A stretch of DNA of 64,000 nucleotides, taken from NCBI GenBank assembly GCA_009927815.1, contig RFMI01000093.1:678-64677 (forward strand), in the 5' to 3' direction. A model generated the notes under the pieces. That model worked only from the letters and a program-made list of their open reading frames with translations. It searched no databases and was not told where the DNA came from. How positions within the stretch are numbered: the stretch's first letter is position 1; each line of letters opens with the position of its first letter. Both the position numbers and the translations under genes were made by a program. Positions 46,901 to 54,612 of the stretch are shown here, in pieces. This DNA is from Betaproteobacteria bacterium (lineage in GTDB: Bacteria > Pseudomonadota > Gammaproteobacteria > Burkholderiales > UBA3065).

Positions 46901-47017
46901 ATCGAGGGGCCGATGGCGAGCATCATTGTCGGGGGCTTGGTGACCTCAACCCTGCTCAATCTGCTAATCCTGCCGACGGTGCTGCTCCACTTCGGACGCT
47001 TCAATCGTCGTATTTGA
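43901..47017 (+). CDS. RND efflux permease, CusA/CzcA-like family (substrate unknown)
   Basis: A 1038-aa, 12-TM RND protein. The N-terminus reads 'LDVFPEFSPPQVVIQTEAPG..AELVE..V..PIE'. The TM4 proton-relay region reads 'ALGEVVDDAIIDVENIFRRL'. Confidence 0.85.
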   Translation: MLAALVRFSIRNPGAVLALAVATLVYGIYSARVARLDVFPEFSPPQVVIQTEAPGFSAELVETLVSRPIEAVLNGTVGVASLRSQSIPGLSVVTLIFDDDSDVFRNRQLVGEKLGILANRLPSGVAAPNITPLTSSASSTLGIGLTAKDRTLMDVYDLAQFVVRPHLLSASGVADVNVFGGKVRQWQVQFEPDTLIRAGVGVNDLVEAVRRSSGLRPGGTVETRNQRILVTSEGQPASAAELAQAVLSVRNGQVLRLADVATVVEAPAPSISAATINGTPGVFLMVQGQLGANTYATTLAVESRLDQLRPLLQREGLTVHTQLFRPASFIETSIGNVQRDILIGSALVVAVLFLFLFNARTALVSATAIPLSLLASIIVLVEQGVSLNIMVLGGLVIALGEVVDDAIIDVENIFRRLRENRAAGGARPDWQVVLDASLEVRSSVIYATFIVVVVFFPLLTLSGVAGRLFEPLGLAYIYALLASLAVALTVTPALCYLLLTHGVPLKSEDPPVIAWLRRGYITLLRGIETSARPVVLTTLAVVLLGLAALPLFRIEFVPELREGHYIVHMTALPGTSEAESLRIGRKVTDAIGSVPGVQSVTQWVGRAQNGADTFGMHYSEIEVEIGPLPAEEQARVLDGIREHLTTIPGKPGVAPFPGVSFGVNTFLAERIEETVSGYAAEFVVELFGNDLDLLDRDAKAVAQTLSGIAGARDITIQSPPGTPQFTFRLDAARLAERGLQTLEMLELIRTVYGGIEVGQVLEQGRTIPLVVIAASDERLALERAGQLRFTAPDGSLFALKDVAEVRQTNGRSKILHSGGKRVQTVTCNIQGRDVPGFLREVETALRQQVRLGTGNYLSIGGDAAAAAKARNDLLAHTVLATVGVLLLLYLALGSGRNLLITLLNLPFALIGGVAAVVVSGGWLSIGSLVGFVTLFGITLRNTIMLVSHYQHLVEVDGLPWNAQTALLGASERLPSILMTAIVTALGLMPLVVGSGEPGREIEGPMASIIVGGLVTSTLLNLLILPTVLLHFGRFNRRI

Positions 47018-47372
47018 TATAGCGATGGCGGGGGTCGTCGGGTGTGCCTTCGAGGATGCCCTCGCGTGCTGGCTGCCAGCCAACCACTGTCTCGATCTTG
47101 TGCGCGAGCGCGAAATCGAGCTCGGTGATGCCGTTCGCTGAGTGGGTCTGCAGCTTGACGATGACGAAGGCGTAGGATGCGGCGAGGTCGGGATGGTGCC
47201 AGGCGGCCTCGGCCAAGTGGCCGACTGTGTTGATCACCATGAGCGTCGATTTCCAGCCCTGGGTGCGGAAGCGGCGGCGGATCCAGCCGTCCTCCAGTCG
47301 CCAGTGCGGCAGTTCCAGCGCCAGGCGGCGTTCGACCTCGACAGGGTCTAGAGGCGAGTGGGTGTGTTGCAT
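47001..47372 (-). CDS. pterin-4-alpha-carbinolamine dehydratase (PCD/DCoH) family protein
   Basis: Contains 'EAAWHHPDL....FV.V.L.THS..GIT..D' plus a C-terminal tail of about 20 aa. Its 3' end overlaps the RND gene's 3' end by 17 nt. Confidence 0.75.
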   Translation of the reverse strand: MQHTHSPLDPVEVERRLALELPHWRLEDGWIRRRFRTQGWKSTLMVINTVGHLAEAAWHHPDLAASYAFVIVKLQTHSANGITELDFALAHKIETVVGWQPAREGILEGTPDDPRHRYIKYDD

Positions 47373-47466
47373 AGTGTGTCTCCTTGGGGGCGGTGTGGGC
47401 GCTGGGGCGATTTGCTCGGCCGTGAGATATGGAAACTATCCAAATCGGGCTGTGAGCCGCGCAGAA

Positions 47467-47482
47467 TTGTGCATATGCACAA
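47467..47482. promoter_or_regulatory. perfect 16-bp palindrome, candidate regulator-binding site upstream of xoxF
   Basis: TTGTGCATATGCACAA lies in the AT-richer 303-bp intergenic region, 194 nt upstream of the xoxF ATG. Confidence 0.3.
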
Positions 47483-47675
47483 AAAGAATAGGCTCATTCA
47501 GAAAACTTCAAAAGGGTCTTGCAGGGAAGAATTCCTGTGCTAGAGTTACAAGCGGAAACAACTGTAACGTTCCTAAAAAGGGTCTCCCTTGGAGCAACCA
47601 GTTGGGTCTGGCGCCTAGATCATCATCCGATGGTCGGGCAAATCGCTAAATGCGACTTCATCTGAGGAGGTTGTT

Positions 47676-49481
47676 ATGGCAGTTAAGAACCTGTGGCCCG
47701 TAGTGGCCCTGGCTGTTGCAGCACCGTCGGCCGCTCTGGCCAACGCTGACCTGGCCAAGCTGATGGCTGATTCGAAGAACTGGGCCGCTCCGGCCGGTAA
47801 CTTCTCGAACCATCGTCACACCAAGTTGACCCAGATCAACAAGAGCAACGTTAACAAGCTGCAAGTGGCTTGGACGTTCTCGACCGGCGTCCTGCGCGGC
47901 CACGAAGGCGGCCCGCTGGTCATCGGCGACACCCTGTACGTTCACTCGGCTTTCCCGAACAAGGTTTTCGCCATCAACCTGGCTGACCAAACCATCAAGT
48001 GGAAGTACGAGCCGAAGCAAGACCCGAGCGTGATCCCGGTCATGTGCTGTGACACCGTTAACCGTGGCCTGGCCTACGGCGACGGCAAGATCCTGCTGCA
48101 ACAAGCTGACACCACCCTCGTTGCTCTCGACGCCAAGTCGGGCAAGCCGGTGTGGTCGGTTAAGAACGGCGACCCGAAGGTCGGCCAAACCAACACCAAC
48201 GCCCCCCACGTCTTCAAGGACAAGGTCTTCACCGGTATCTCCGGTGGTGAATTCGGCGTTCGCGGTTGGGTTGCTGCCTACAACCTGAAGGACGGCAAGC
48301 TGGCATGGAAGGGTTACTCGATGGGTCCGGACAGCGACATGCTGATGGATCCGAACACCACCATGACCTTCACCGACGGCAAGATGGCTCCGGTCGGCAA
48401 GGACAGCTCGCTGAAGACCTGGCAGGGCGATCAGTGGAAGATCGGCGGCGGCACCACCTGGGGCTGGTACTCGTACGATCCGGAACTGAACGCAATGTTC
48501 TACGGCAACGGCAACCCGTCGACCTGGAACCCGAAGCAACGCCCGGGCGACAACAAGTGGTCGATGAGCCTGTGGTCGCGTGACGTTGACAGCGGTAAGG
48601 TCAACTGGGTCTACCAAATGACCCCGCACGACGAGTGGGACTTTGACGGCATCAACGAAGTGCCGCTGTTCGAAGGCAAGGACAAGAACGGCAAAGAGCG
48701 CAAGATGCTGGCTCACTTCGACCGTAACGGCTTCGGCTACACCCTGGATCGTAAGACCGGCGAACTGCTGGTTGCTGAGAAGTTCGATCCGGCCGTGAAC
48801 TGGGCCACCCACGTCGACATGAAGACTGGCCGTCCGCAAGTCGTGGCCAAGTACTCGACCCACCAGAACGGTGAAGACGTCAACTCGAAGGGCATCTGCC
48901 CGGCAGCTCTGGGTACCAAGGATCAACAGCCGGCGGCTTACGATCCGGTCTCGGGTCTGTTCCTGGTCCCGACCAACCACGTGTGTATGGACTACGAGCC
49001 GTTCCGTGTCGAGTACACCGCTGGTCAACCGTACGTTGGCGCAACCCTGGCCATGTTCCCGGCTCCGAACAGCCACGGCGGCATGGGCAACTTCATCGGT
49101 TGGGATCCGATCAAGGGCAAGATCGTTTGGTCGATCCCCGAGAAGTTCTCGGTTTGGTCGGGCGCTCTGACCACCGCTTCGGGTCTGGCTTTCTACGGCA
49201 CGCTGGACGCCCGTCTGAAGGCTGTTGACATCAAGGCTGGTAAGGTTGTTTGGACCTCGCCGAAGCTCCCGTCGGGCGTGATCGGTAACGTTCACAGCTG
49301 GGAATTCCAAGGCAAGCAGTACGTCGGCGTTCTGACCGGCATCGGTGGCTGGGCCGGTATCGGCATGGCTGCTGGCCTGGAGAAGGACAGCGACGGTCTG
49401 GGCGCTGTGGGTGGCTACAAGGAACTCGCCAAGTACGGCGATCTGGGTGGCACCCTGATGGTCTTCGCTCTGGCGAACTAA
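47676..49481 (+). CDS. xoxF: PQQ-dependent methanol/alcohol dehydrogenase, XoxF (lanthanide) type
   Basis: Has a Sec signal '[12 protein letters not shown]', '[14 protein letters not shown]', the vicinal disulfide 'MCCD', 'WDFDG' (D322-x-D324) and 'HFDRNGF.YTLDR'. A strong GGAGG ribosome-binding site precedes the start. 601 aa. Confidence 0.9.
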   Translation: MAVKNLWPVVALAVAAPSAALANADLAKLMADSKNWAAPAGNFSNHRHTKLTQINKSNVNKLQVAWTFSTGVLRGHEGGPLVIGDTLYVHSAFPNKVFAINLADQTIKWKYEPKQDPSVIPVMCCDTVNRGLAYGDGKILLQQADTTLVALDAKSGKPVWSVKNGDPKVGQTNTNAPHVFKDKVFTGISGGEFGVRGWVAAYNLKDGKLAWKGYSMGPDSDMLMDPNTTMTFTDGKMAPVGKDSSLKTWQGDQWKIGGGTTWGWYSYDPELNAMFYGNGNPSTWNPKQRPGDNKWSMSLWSRDVDSGKVNWVYQMTPHDEWDFDGINEVPLFEGKDKNGKERKMLAHFDRNGFGYTLDRKTGELLVAEKFDPAVNWATHVDMKTGRPQVVAKYSTHQNGEDVNSKGICPAALGTKDQQPAAYDPVSGLFLVPTNHVCMDYEPFRVEYTAGQPYVGATLAMFPAPNSHGGMGNFIGWDPIKGKIVWSIPEKFSVWSGALTTASGLAFYGTLDARLKAVDIKAGKVVWTSPKLPSGVIGNVHSWEFQGKQYVGVLTGIGGWAGIGMAAGLEKDSDGLGAVGGYKELAKYGDLGGTLMVFALAN

Positions 49482-49524
49482 TTCGGACCTGCGGCAGTCC
49501 TACTGCCGCAACCGAGTCAGGGAA

Positions 49525-49557
49525 ACTGGCACTCTTTCGGGAGTGCCAGTTTTTTTT
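49525..49557 (+). terminator. strong intrinsic terminator after xoxF
   Basis: A 10-bp perfect stem (ACTGGCACTC pairing with GAGTGCCAGT), a 6-nt loop, then T8. Confidence 0.8.
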
Positions 49558-49577
49558 GTGTCCGCAGGAGGAGCATT

Positions 49578-50471
49578 TTGAAAACCATCGCATCAACCCT
49601 CGCTGGCGCCGTCTTTACGGCTGCTGCCCTTGTTGCACCCCAGGCACAAGCCGCAACCGCCCAAGAAAAAGGCATCCTGCGCGTCTGCGCCGACCCCAAC
49701 AGCATGCCGTTCTCCAATCAAGCCGGTGAAGGCCTGGAAAACCGCATCGCCGAGATGATGGCCAAAGATTTCGGCTGGAAGGTCGAGTTTTTCTTTTTCC
49801 CTCAACGCATGGCGTTCTTCCGCAACAGCCTGAAGGCCAAAGCGGCCGATGGTGAAGAGGGGTACAAGTGCGATCTCGCCACAAGCTCGGCACCTGAGGC
49901 CGAGGGTGCTGTGGCGACCAAAACCTATTACACGTCGACCTGGACTATGGTGATGCCGGCCGGCAAAGGTCTGGACGCAATCCGTCAGCCGGATGATCTG
50001 CTGAAACTGCCTAAGGACCAGCTCGCCAAGCTGCGCTTTGGCGTGTTCCCGGCATCTCCCGGGGCTGACTGGGTGCTGCGCAACGGGTTCGATAAGCAGA
50101 TGGTGCCGTTCCAGCAAATGCTGGGCGATCCGAATTCGTATCCCGGCCAGATGGTGGACGTGTCTTTGGTGAAGGGCGACATCGATGTGGCCTTTATCTG
50201 GGGCCCCATCGGCAGTTATCACGCGCGCCAGAGTAAGGCCGTCAAGCTGCGGGTGGTGCCGATGGTGCCGGACGCTGAGACCGTGACCGACTTCTCTATC
50301 GCCATGGCCGTTCGCTACCGCGAGCCGGAATGGAAAGCCAAGGTCGAGGACTTCCTCACCCGCCGCAAGGCCGACATCGACAAAGTCATGGCCGACTATG
50401 GCGTGCCGCTGGTGCAGACCGACGGCTCGGTGTTGGTCAACGGCGAGCGCTTCGACCGCCCGCGTAAGTGA
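49578..50471 (+). CDS. xoxJ: quinoprotein-dehydrogenase-associated periplasmic binding protein (MxaJ/XoxJ-like)
   Basis: Has a signal peptide ending in 'AQA', 'LRVCADPNSMPFSN' and a type-2 PBP fold. It uses a TTG start and lies directly downstream of xoxF. Confidence 0.7.
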   Translation: MKTIASTLAGAVFTAAALVAPQAQAATAQEKGILRVCADPNSMPFSNQAGEGLENRIAEMMAKDFGWKVEFFFFPQRMAFFRNSLKAKAADGEEGYKCDLATSSAPEAEGAVATKTYYTSTWTMVMPAGKGLDAIRQPDDLLKLPKDQLAKLRFGVFPASPGADWVLRNGFDKQMVPFQQMLGDPNSYPGQMVDVSLVKGDIDVAFIWGPIGSYHARQSKAVKLRVVPMVPDAETVTDFSIAMAVRYREPEWKAKVEDFLTRRKADIDKVMADYGVPLVQTDGSVLVNGERFDRPRK

Positions 50472-51442
50472 GCGTAAACGCAGTTCGCCATGCCCTGACC
50501 CGCCTGCACCTGCTGGCGGGTTTTTTGTGTCTAGCGGACGGGGTATGGGCCCAGCCGCTGGCAGTCGTCACCGAGCAGGGCGCGCATGCAGTGGCCATGG
50601 TGGACCTCTCGGCTCTGTCAGTGCGGCGTCAGGTGGCTGTGGGCGAGGCCCCGGCCGGTGTCGCGGTGGATGTGCAACGCCGCCGAGCGTACGTTAGCAA
50701 CGCCGAGGGTCGCAGTGTCAGCATGATCGACGTCGACCACGACAGCGTACTGCTGACCCGCGCGCTGGGTGCGGGTCCGGTGGGAATTGCCGTCGATCCG
50801 GCGCGAGGCGTCGTGGCGGTCGCCGATTGGTACCGCAATAGCCTGTGGTTGCTGAGCGCCGATGACTTGTCGGTGCAAGCCGAGGTGCCCGTCGGTCGTG
50901 CGCCCGCCGGGGTTGAATTCAGCGACGACGGTCGGCGCGTGTACGTCGCCAATCGTGACGACAATAGCGTCTCGGTGGTGGACATCGAGGCGAGGCGCGA
51001 GTCTGAGCGCTGGCCGGTGGGCGATCATCCATTCGGCCTGCGCCTGAGTCCCGATGGCCGCCAATTGTGGGTTACCAACGTGCAGAGCCATGACGTCACG
51101 GTTTTGGATACGGCGCCCATAGCCGCCGCAGGGCGTACCCTGGCCACCCTGCCGGTCGGGCACCGCCCGTATTGCGTCGCTTTTGCGGCTGGTCGTGCCT
51201 TTGTCACCAATCAGTACGGCGACAGTTTGAGCGTGATCGATGCGACATCACGGCATACCGTGGCGACCATTCCGACCGGCGCCTATCCTGAGGGCATCGA
51301 CGCGCTGGGAGACCGCGTGTGGGTGGTGTCGTGGATGGACGAGGTGCTGATTGCCTTGGACGCACGGACCTTAAAAGTGACCGCCCGCGTACCTTTAGGC
51401 AGTAACCCCCGCGGTTTTGGCCGGTTTGTTTTGGCAGAATAG
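50468..51442 (+). CDS. YVTN-family beta-propeller repeat protein (PQQ-catabolism-associated type)
   Basis: Contains repeated units such as 'P.GVA.....R.YV.N...N.VSVID'. The GTG start overlaps the xoxJ stop (GTGA). Confidence 0.7.
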   Translation: MSVNAVRHALTRLHLLAGFLCLADGVWAQPLAVVTEQGAHAVAMVDLSALSVRRQVAVGEAPAGVAVDVQRRRAYVSNAEGRSVSMIDVDHDSVLLTRALGAGPVGIAVDPARGVVAVADWYRNSLWLLSADDLSVQAEVPVGRAPAGVEFSDDGRRVYVANRDDNSVSVVDIEARRESERWPVGDHPFGLRLSPDGRQLWVTNVQSHDVTVLDTAPIAAAGRTLATLPVGHRPYCVAFAAGRAFVTNQYGDSLSVIDATSRHTVATIPTGAYPEGIDALGDRVWVVSWMDEVLIALDARTLKVTARVPLGSNPRGFGRFVLAE

Positions 51443-51478
51443 AGTCAGTCTTGTTTCATCAACCTGTGGAGATTTGCC

Positions 51479-51985
51479 ATGCAGTTGTCCCGCCTGATTG
51501 CCCTGGCCACCTTGTTGTTGCCTGGCCTCGCCTTTGCGCACGGTCCGACCCGTCAAAAAGCTGTTGAAACCATCGAGATCGCTGCGCCACCGGCTCAGGT
51601 GTGGGCGATGGTCAAAGATTGGGCTGGAATGGCCAAATGGCACCCGGCAGTCGCCGAGGTTGGCGGCAACGGCAACGAGCGCATCTTGAATCTGAAGAGC
51701 GGCGGCAAGGTGGTCGAGGAGTTGGAGGCCGTAGACGACGCCAGCATGTTGCTGCGGTACCGCATGAAAGATCCGGGCCCGGTGCCGGTCAACAATTACA
51801 GCGCCGCCATGACCGTCGTGGCCCAAGGTGGCGGTTCGATGGTGCAGTGGAAGGGCGCTTTCTATCGGGCTTTTCTGAATAACGACCCGCCGCCGGACCA
51901 AAACGACGAAGCAGCAGTAAAAGCCATCACGGGAATCTACAAATCAGGTCTTGAGGGTCTGAAGAAGGCTGTTGAGGGCAAGTAA
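51479..51985 (+). CDS. mxaD: secreted SRPBCC-fold protein, MxaD-like
   Basis: Has the signal 'LLLPGLAFAHG' and an SRPBCC-type sequence ('VWAMVKDWAGMAKWHPAV'). The assignment also relies on its position in a methanol-oxidation cluster. Confidence 0.55.
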   Translation: MQLSRLIALATLLLPGLAFAHGPTRQKAVETIEIAAPPAQVWAMVKDWAGMAKWHPAVAEVGGNGNERILNLKSGGKVVEELEAVDDASMLLRYRMKDPGPVPVNNYSAAMTVVAQGGGSMVQWKGAFYRAFLNNDPPPDQNDEAAVKAITGIYKSGLEGLKKAVEGK

Positions 51986-51988
51986 ACG

Positions 51989-53065
51989 TCAGACTGGGCG
52001 GCGGCGCAAACGCTGCTGCCGCCATTGACGTAGCGGCCAGCCGAGCCAGTAGCGAGTCCAGTCCAAGGGGCTGAGGTTGCTGCGCCAGTACGCCATGATC
52101 AGACATATCAGTGCCAATACGCCCAGCGCCGGGCTGATCGGGGTTTTAACCCAACGCCACGTCGACGCCGGCCCGCCGATCAGCTGATCGGCCAGCCCTG
52201 AGCCGGTACCCAAGCGCGTGTATCCGAACTCGAGCTCTTCGGCGAGCAGCTTGAGATAGCTCTCGCGCAGTTGCGACAGGTGCTCCCGGCCAGGCTGCGC
52301 CTGCAGGCGCAAGGTGACGTCGCTCGACACTTTGCCGGCATCCGCGTCGGCCATCTTCTCGCCACCACCCGTGGTCGAGCGTCCGCTGGTGTAGGGATCC
52401 GATTGCGCGACCTCTTGCGCCTGCCAGACGCCGATTTGCCGGCCACGCTCGTCGAGCTTGGGGATCGGGCTGAGGGTCGGCTCGCCGACGCCCACCAACC
52501 AGCCTTTGACCGCGCCGACCGTACCGCGGAACTGCGGCCGGTAGCGCGCTGACACGGGTGGTGCTTCCTGCCCGTCGGTGAGAAACACCAGTTGCGTGCT
52601 GCTAGACGATCCATCGATGAAGCCGATCGCGTTGTAGATGCCCTTGGCGATTTCGCTGTCGGTCGCCCAGATGGTGTCGGGCGAAATGCCCGAGGCGCTT
52701 TTCTCGAGTTCGTTGTAGTACTCGCAGACCTCGACCGGCTGGAACATGACCATGGTCTGGTAGCCGGCGAATACGCCCAGGCCGACTTCGGTGCCGCAGG
52801 GCAGGGCGCGCACGGTCTCAGCAATGCGGCGTTGGATGGCTGCTGCACGGCTGGTGAGCTCACCGTCCACCCGCATGTCGCGCACATACATGCTGCGCGA
52901 GATGTCGACCACCATCAGAAAGCTATGCACCGGTTGCAGCACCGGAATTTCCGGTTGCACCGCGGCCAGGGCCATTAGCACGCCGGCGGTATTGAGCATG
53001 GCGCGGCGGGTCGGCGTGAAGCCACGGCCGAGCCTGGGCAGGTGCAATCGGGGAATCCGCATCAC
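51989..53065 (-). CDS. mxaL: VWA-domain protein, MxaL-like
   Basis: Contains the VWA MIDAS start 'LMVVDISRSM', 'VFLTDGQE' and a C-terminal TM helix. It is the last gene of the MoxR cluster, with an ATGA overlap onto the upstream gene. Confidence 0.6.
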   Translation of the reverse strand: MMRIPRLHLPRLGRGFTPTRRAMLNTAGVLMALAAVQPEIPVLQPVHSFLMVVDISRSMYVRDMRVDGELTSRAAAIQRRIAETVRALPCGTEVGLGVFAGYQTMVMFQPVEVCEYYNELEKSASGISPDTIWATDSEIAKGIYNAIGFIDGSSSSTQLVFLTDGQEAPPVSARYRPQFRGTVGAVKGWLVGVGEPTLSPIPKLDERGRQIGVWQAQEVAQSDPYTSGRSTTGGGEKMADADAGKVSSDVTLRLQAQPGREHLSQLRESYLKLLAEELEFGYTRLGTGSGLADQLIGGPASTWRWVKTPISPALGVLALICLIMAYWRSNLSPLDWTRYWLGWPLRQWRQQRLRRRPV

Positions 53066-53616
53066 GGCAGGCCCTGGGCTTCCACTTGCATGGTGGTCAC
53101 CGAGCGCTCGGCTTTGGGCGGCGGCGGCAGCACCTCGGTCTCTTCCAGTTCGGCTTCCGGGTTGCGGCGGAGGGCACGCTCGAGGTTGTAGCGCGCGTCC
53201 ATCTGCAGAGGCTCGCTGCGCAGCACCGATCGGTACGAGGCTTTCGCCAGCTCGAAATTGGGGATAGCCGCCGCGGTCTCGCCGGCATCTGCGGCTTCGA
53301 TGGCGTCGCGCAGGTAGAGGTTGCCGCTGTTAAACCGCGCCGCCAAGCGCAGCGTCGGCGAGCTGCTGTCGTCGTTTTCGACGCGGTTGTAGAGCGCCAG
53401 GGCTTCGGTGATCTTGCCGGTGCCAGCGGTCTTCACCGCGGCGGCAAACAGCTCTTCGGGGTGCGGCGACGTCGGTTGTGCCAGACCGCCAGCGATGCGG
53501 GCATTCACGCTGTCGGCTTCGCGCAAGGCCAGCCCGTCGCGCGTGGCAAGAGAGGCCAGCGTGACCAGGGCGACGACGCTGGTCAGCGTGATGAGGGTGC
53601 GGCGGATCTTGACCAT
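53062..53616 (-). CDS. mxaK: TPR-like membrane-anchored protein, MxaK-like
   Basis: Has an N-terminal TM helix 'LITLTSVVALVTLASLA' and a helical-repeat C-terminal part. It sits between the two VWA genes. Confidence 0.45.
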   Translation of the reverse strand: MVKIRRTLITLTSVVALVTLASLATRDGLALREADSVNARIAGGLAQPTSPHPEELFAAAVKTAGTGKITEALALYNRVENDDSSSPTLRLAARFNSGNLYLRDAIEAADAGETAAAIPNFELAKASYRSVLRSEPLQMDARYNLERALRRNPEAELEETEVLPPPPKAERSVTTMQVEAQGLP

Positions 53617-54604
53617 CGGGTCACCTGTAGGGCGGAGACAACAATCACGGGGGCCAGCAGCAACAGCGCGAGGCCAAAGGTTAAGACGTCGAGCGGTTGG
53701 CGCGGCAGGATCTCGGTGGTGCGGGTGGGGAGTCGCTGCAGACGGTCGATGTCGGCGATCGCCGCTTTCAGCCGTGCTGGGTCCTCAACCTCATAAGCGT
53801 GGTAGGGCACGCCCATCTGCTTGAAGAACCGGTCGAGGAAGTACTCGGGCACCGAGTCGCTCTGTTCGCCGCTGGCAGCAGCGGACTGCAGCCCCGGGCT
53901 GCCGCTGCCGCGCAGGTAAATCCAGTAGAGCGACACCCGGTAGAAGCGGGTGGCCTCGACGATGCGTTTGCGGGTGATTTCGTCCAGTTGGGCGCCGCCG
54001 TCGGAGACCAGCAGCAACACGCGCGACCGTTGTAGGGGCGATTCTCGAAGTACTGCAAGCCCGCCAGCACCGCTTGGCCGATGTCGGTCTCGGCGAGCCC
54101 ACGGCCCAGACCCGCGGCGTCGATTGCCGCTTGCAGGGCAGCGTGATGGGTGGTCAGCGGCAGCACCGGTATCGGCCGCGTCGAGAAATTGAGTAGACCG
54201 ATGGCGTCGTTAGGGCGCTGCGTTACGAATTCGGAGAGCACCCGGCGAGCCGCTGCGTTTTTTGTTTCGCCCATCTGCATCAGAAGCTGTTGGCCAGCTT
54301 GCATCCGGCCAAACCCTTGGTCCATGCTGCGGCTGCGATCGAGCATGATGACGATCTCGGCACCGGTGCCGACAGTTTCGATCACCCGTTCGCCACGCGA
54401 CAGTCCGGCAACGCCCAGCACCAGCGAGACGATGCCCAGCATCGAGCCGACCCGCAGCGCGGTCTCGAGGCTGCGGCTCAAGGGGTCTGCCGGCACAAGC
54501 GCCAGGTTGGGGTGCATCACCGATTGCATCGGGATGCGCAACAGCGGTAGCAAGGCCAGCGGCAGGGCCAGCAGCAGCCACGGGTGATCGAAGGCGAGAT
54601 TCAC
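53583..54604 (-). pseudogene. mxaC: VWA-domain protein, MxaC/BatA-like, frame interrupted by a 1-nt deletion near 54026
   Basis: The GTG start at 54604 gives 'MNLAFDHPWLLLALPLALLPLL' and the MIDAS motif 'IMLDRSRSM'. The upstream frame ends '...YFENRPYNG', and the other frame continues 'SRVLLLVSDGGAQ'. The span is 1022 nt, one short of 341 codons. Confidence 0.7.
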
Positions 54605-54612
54605 CGGTGCCC

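Noticed and set aside
47658-49310. A 550-aa ORF antisense to xoxF
   Set aside because: It is a shadow ORF. The plus-strand gene has a ribosome-binding site, a signal peptide and all the PQQ-dehydrogenase motifs.
49490-49510. The hairpin TGCGGCAG-tccta-CTGCCGCA right after the xoxF stop, as a terminator
   Set aside because: It has no U-tract. It is more plausibly an mRNA-stabilising stem or part of a compound terminator with the real one at 49525-49557.
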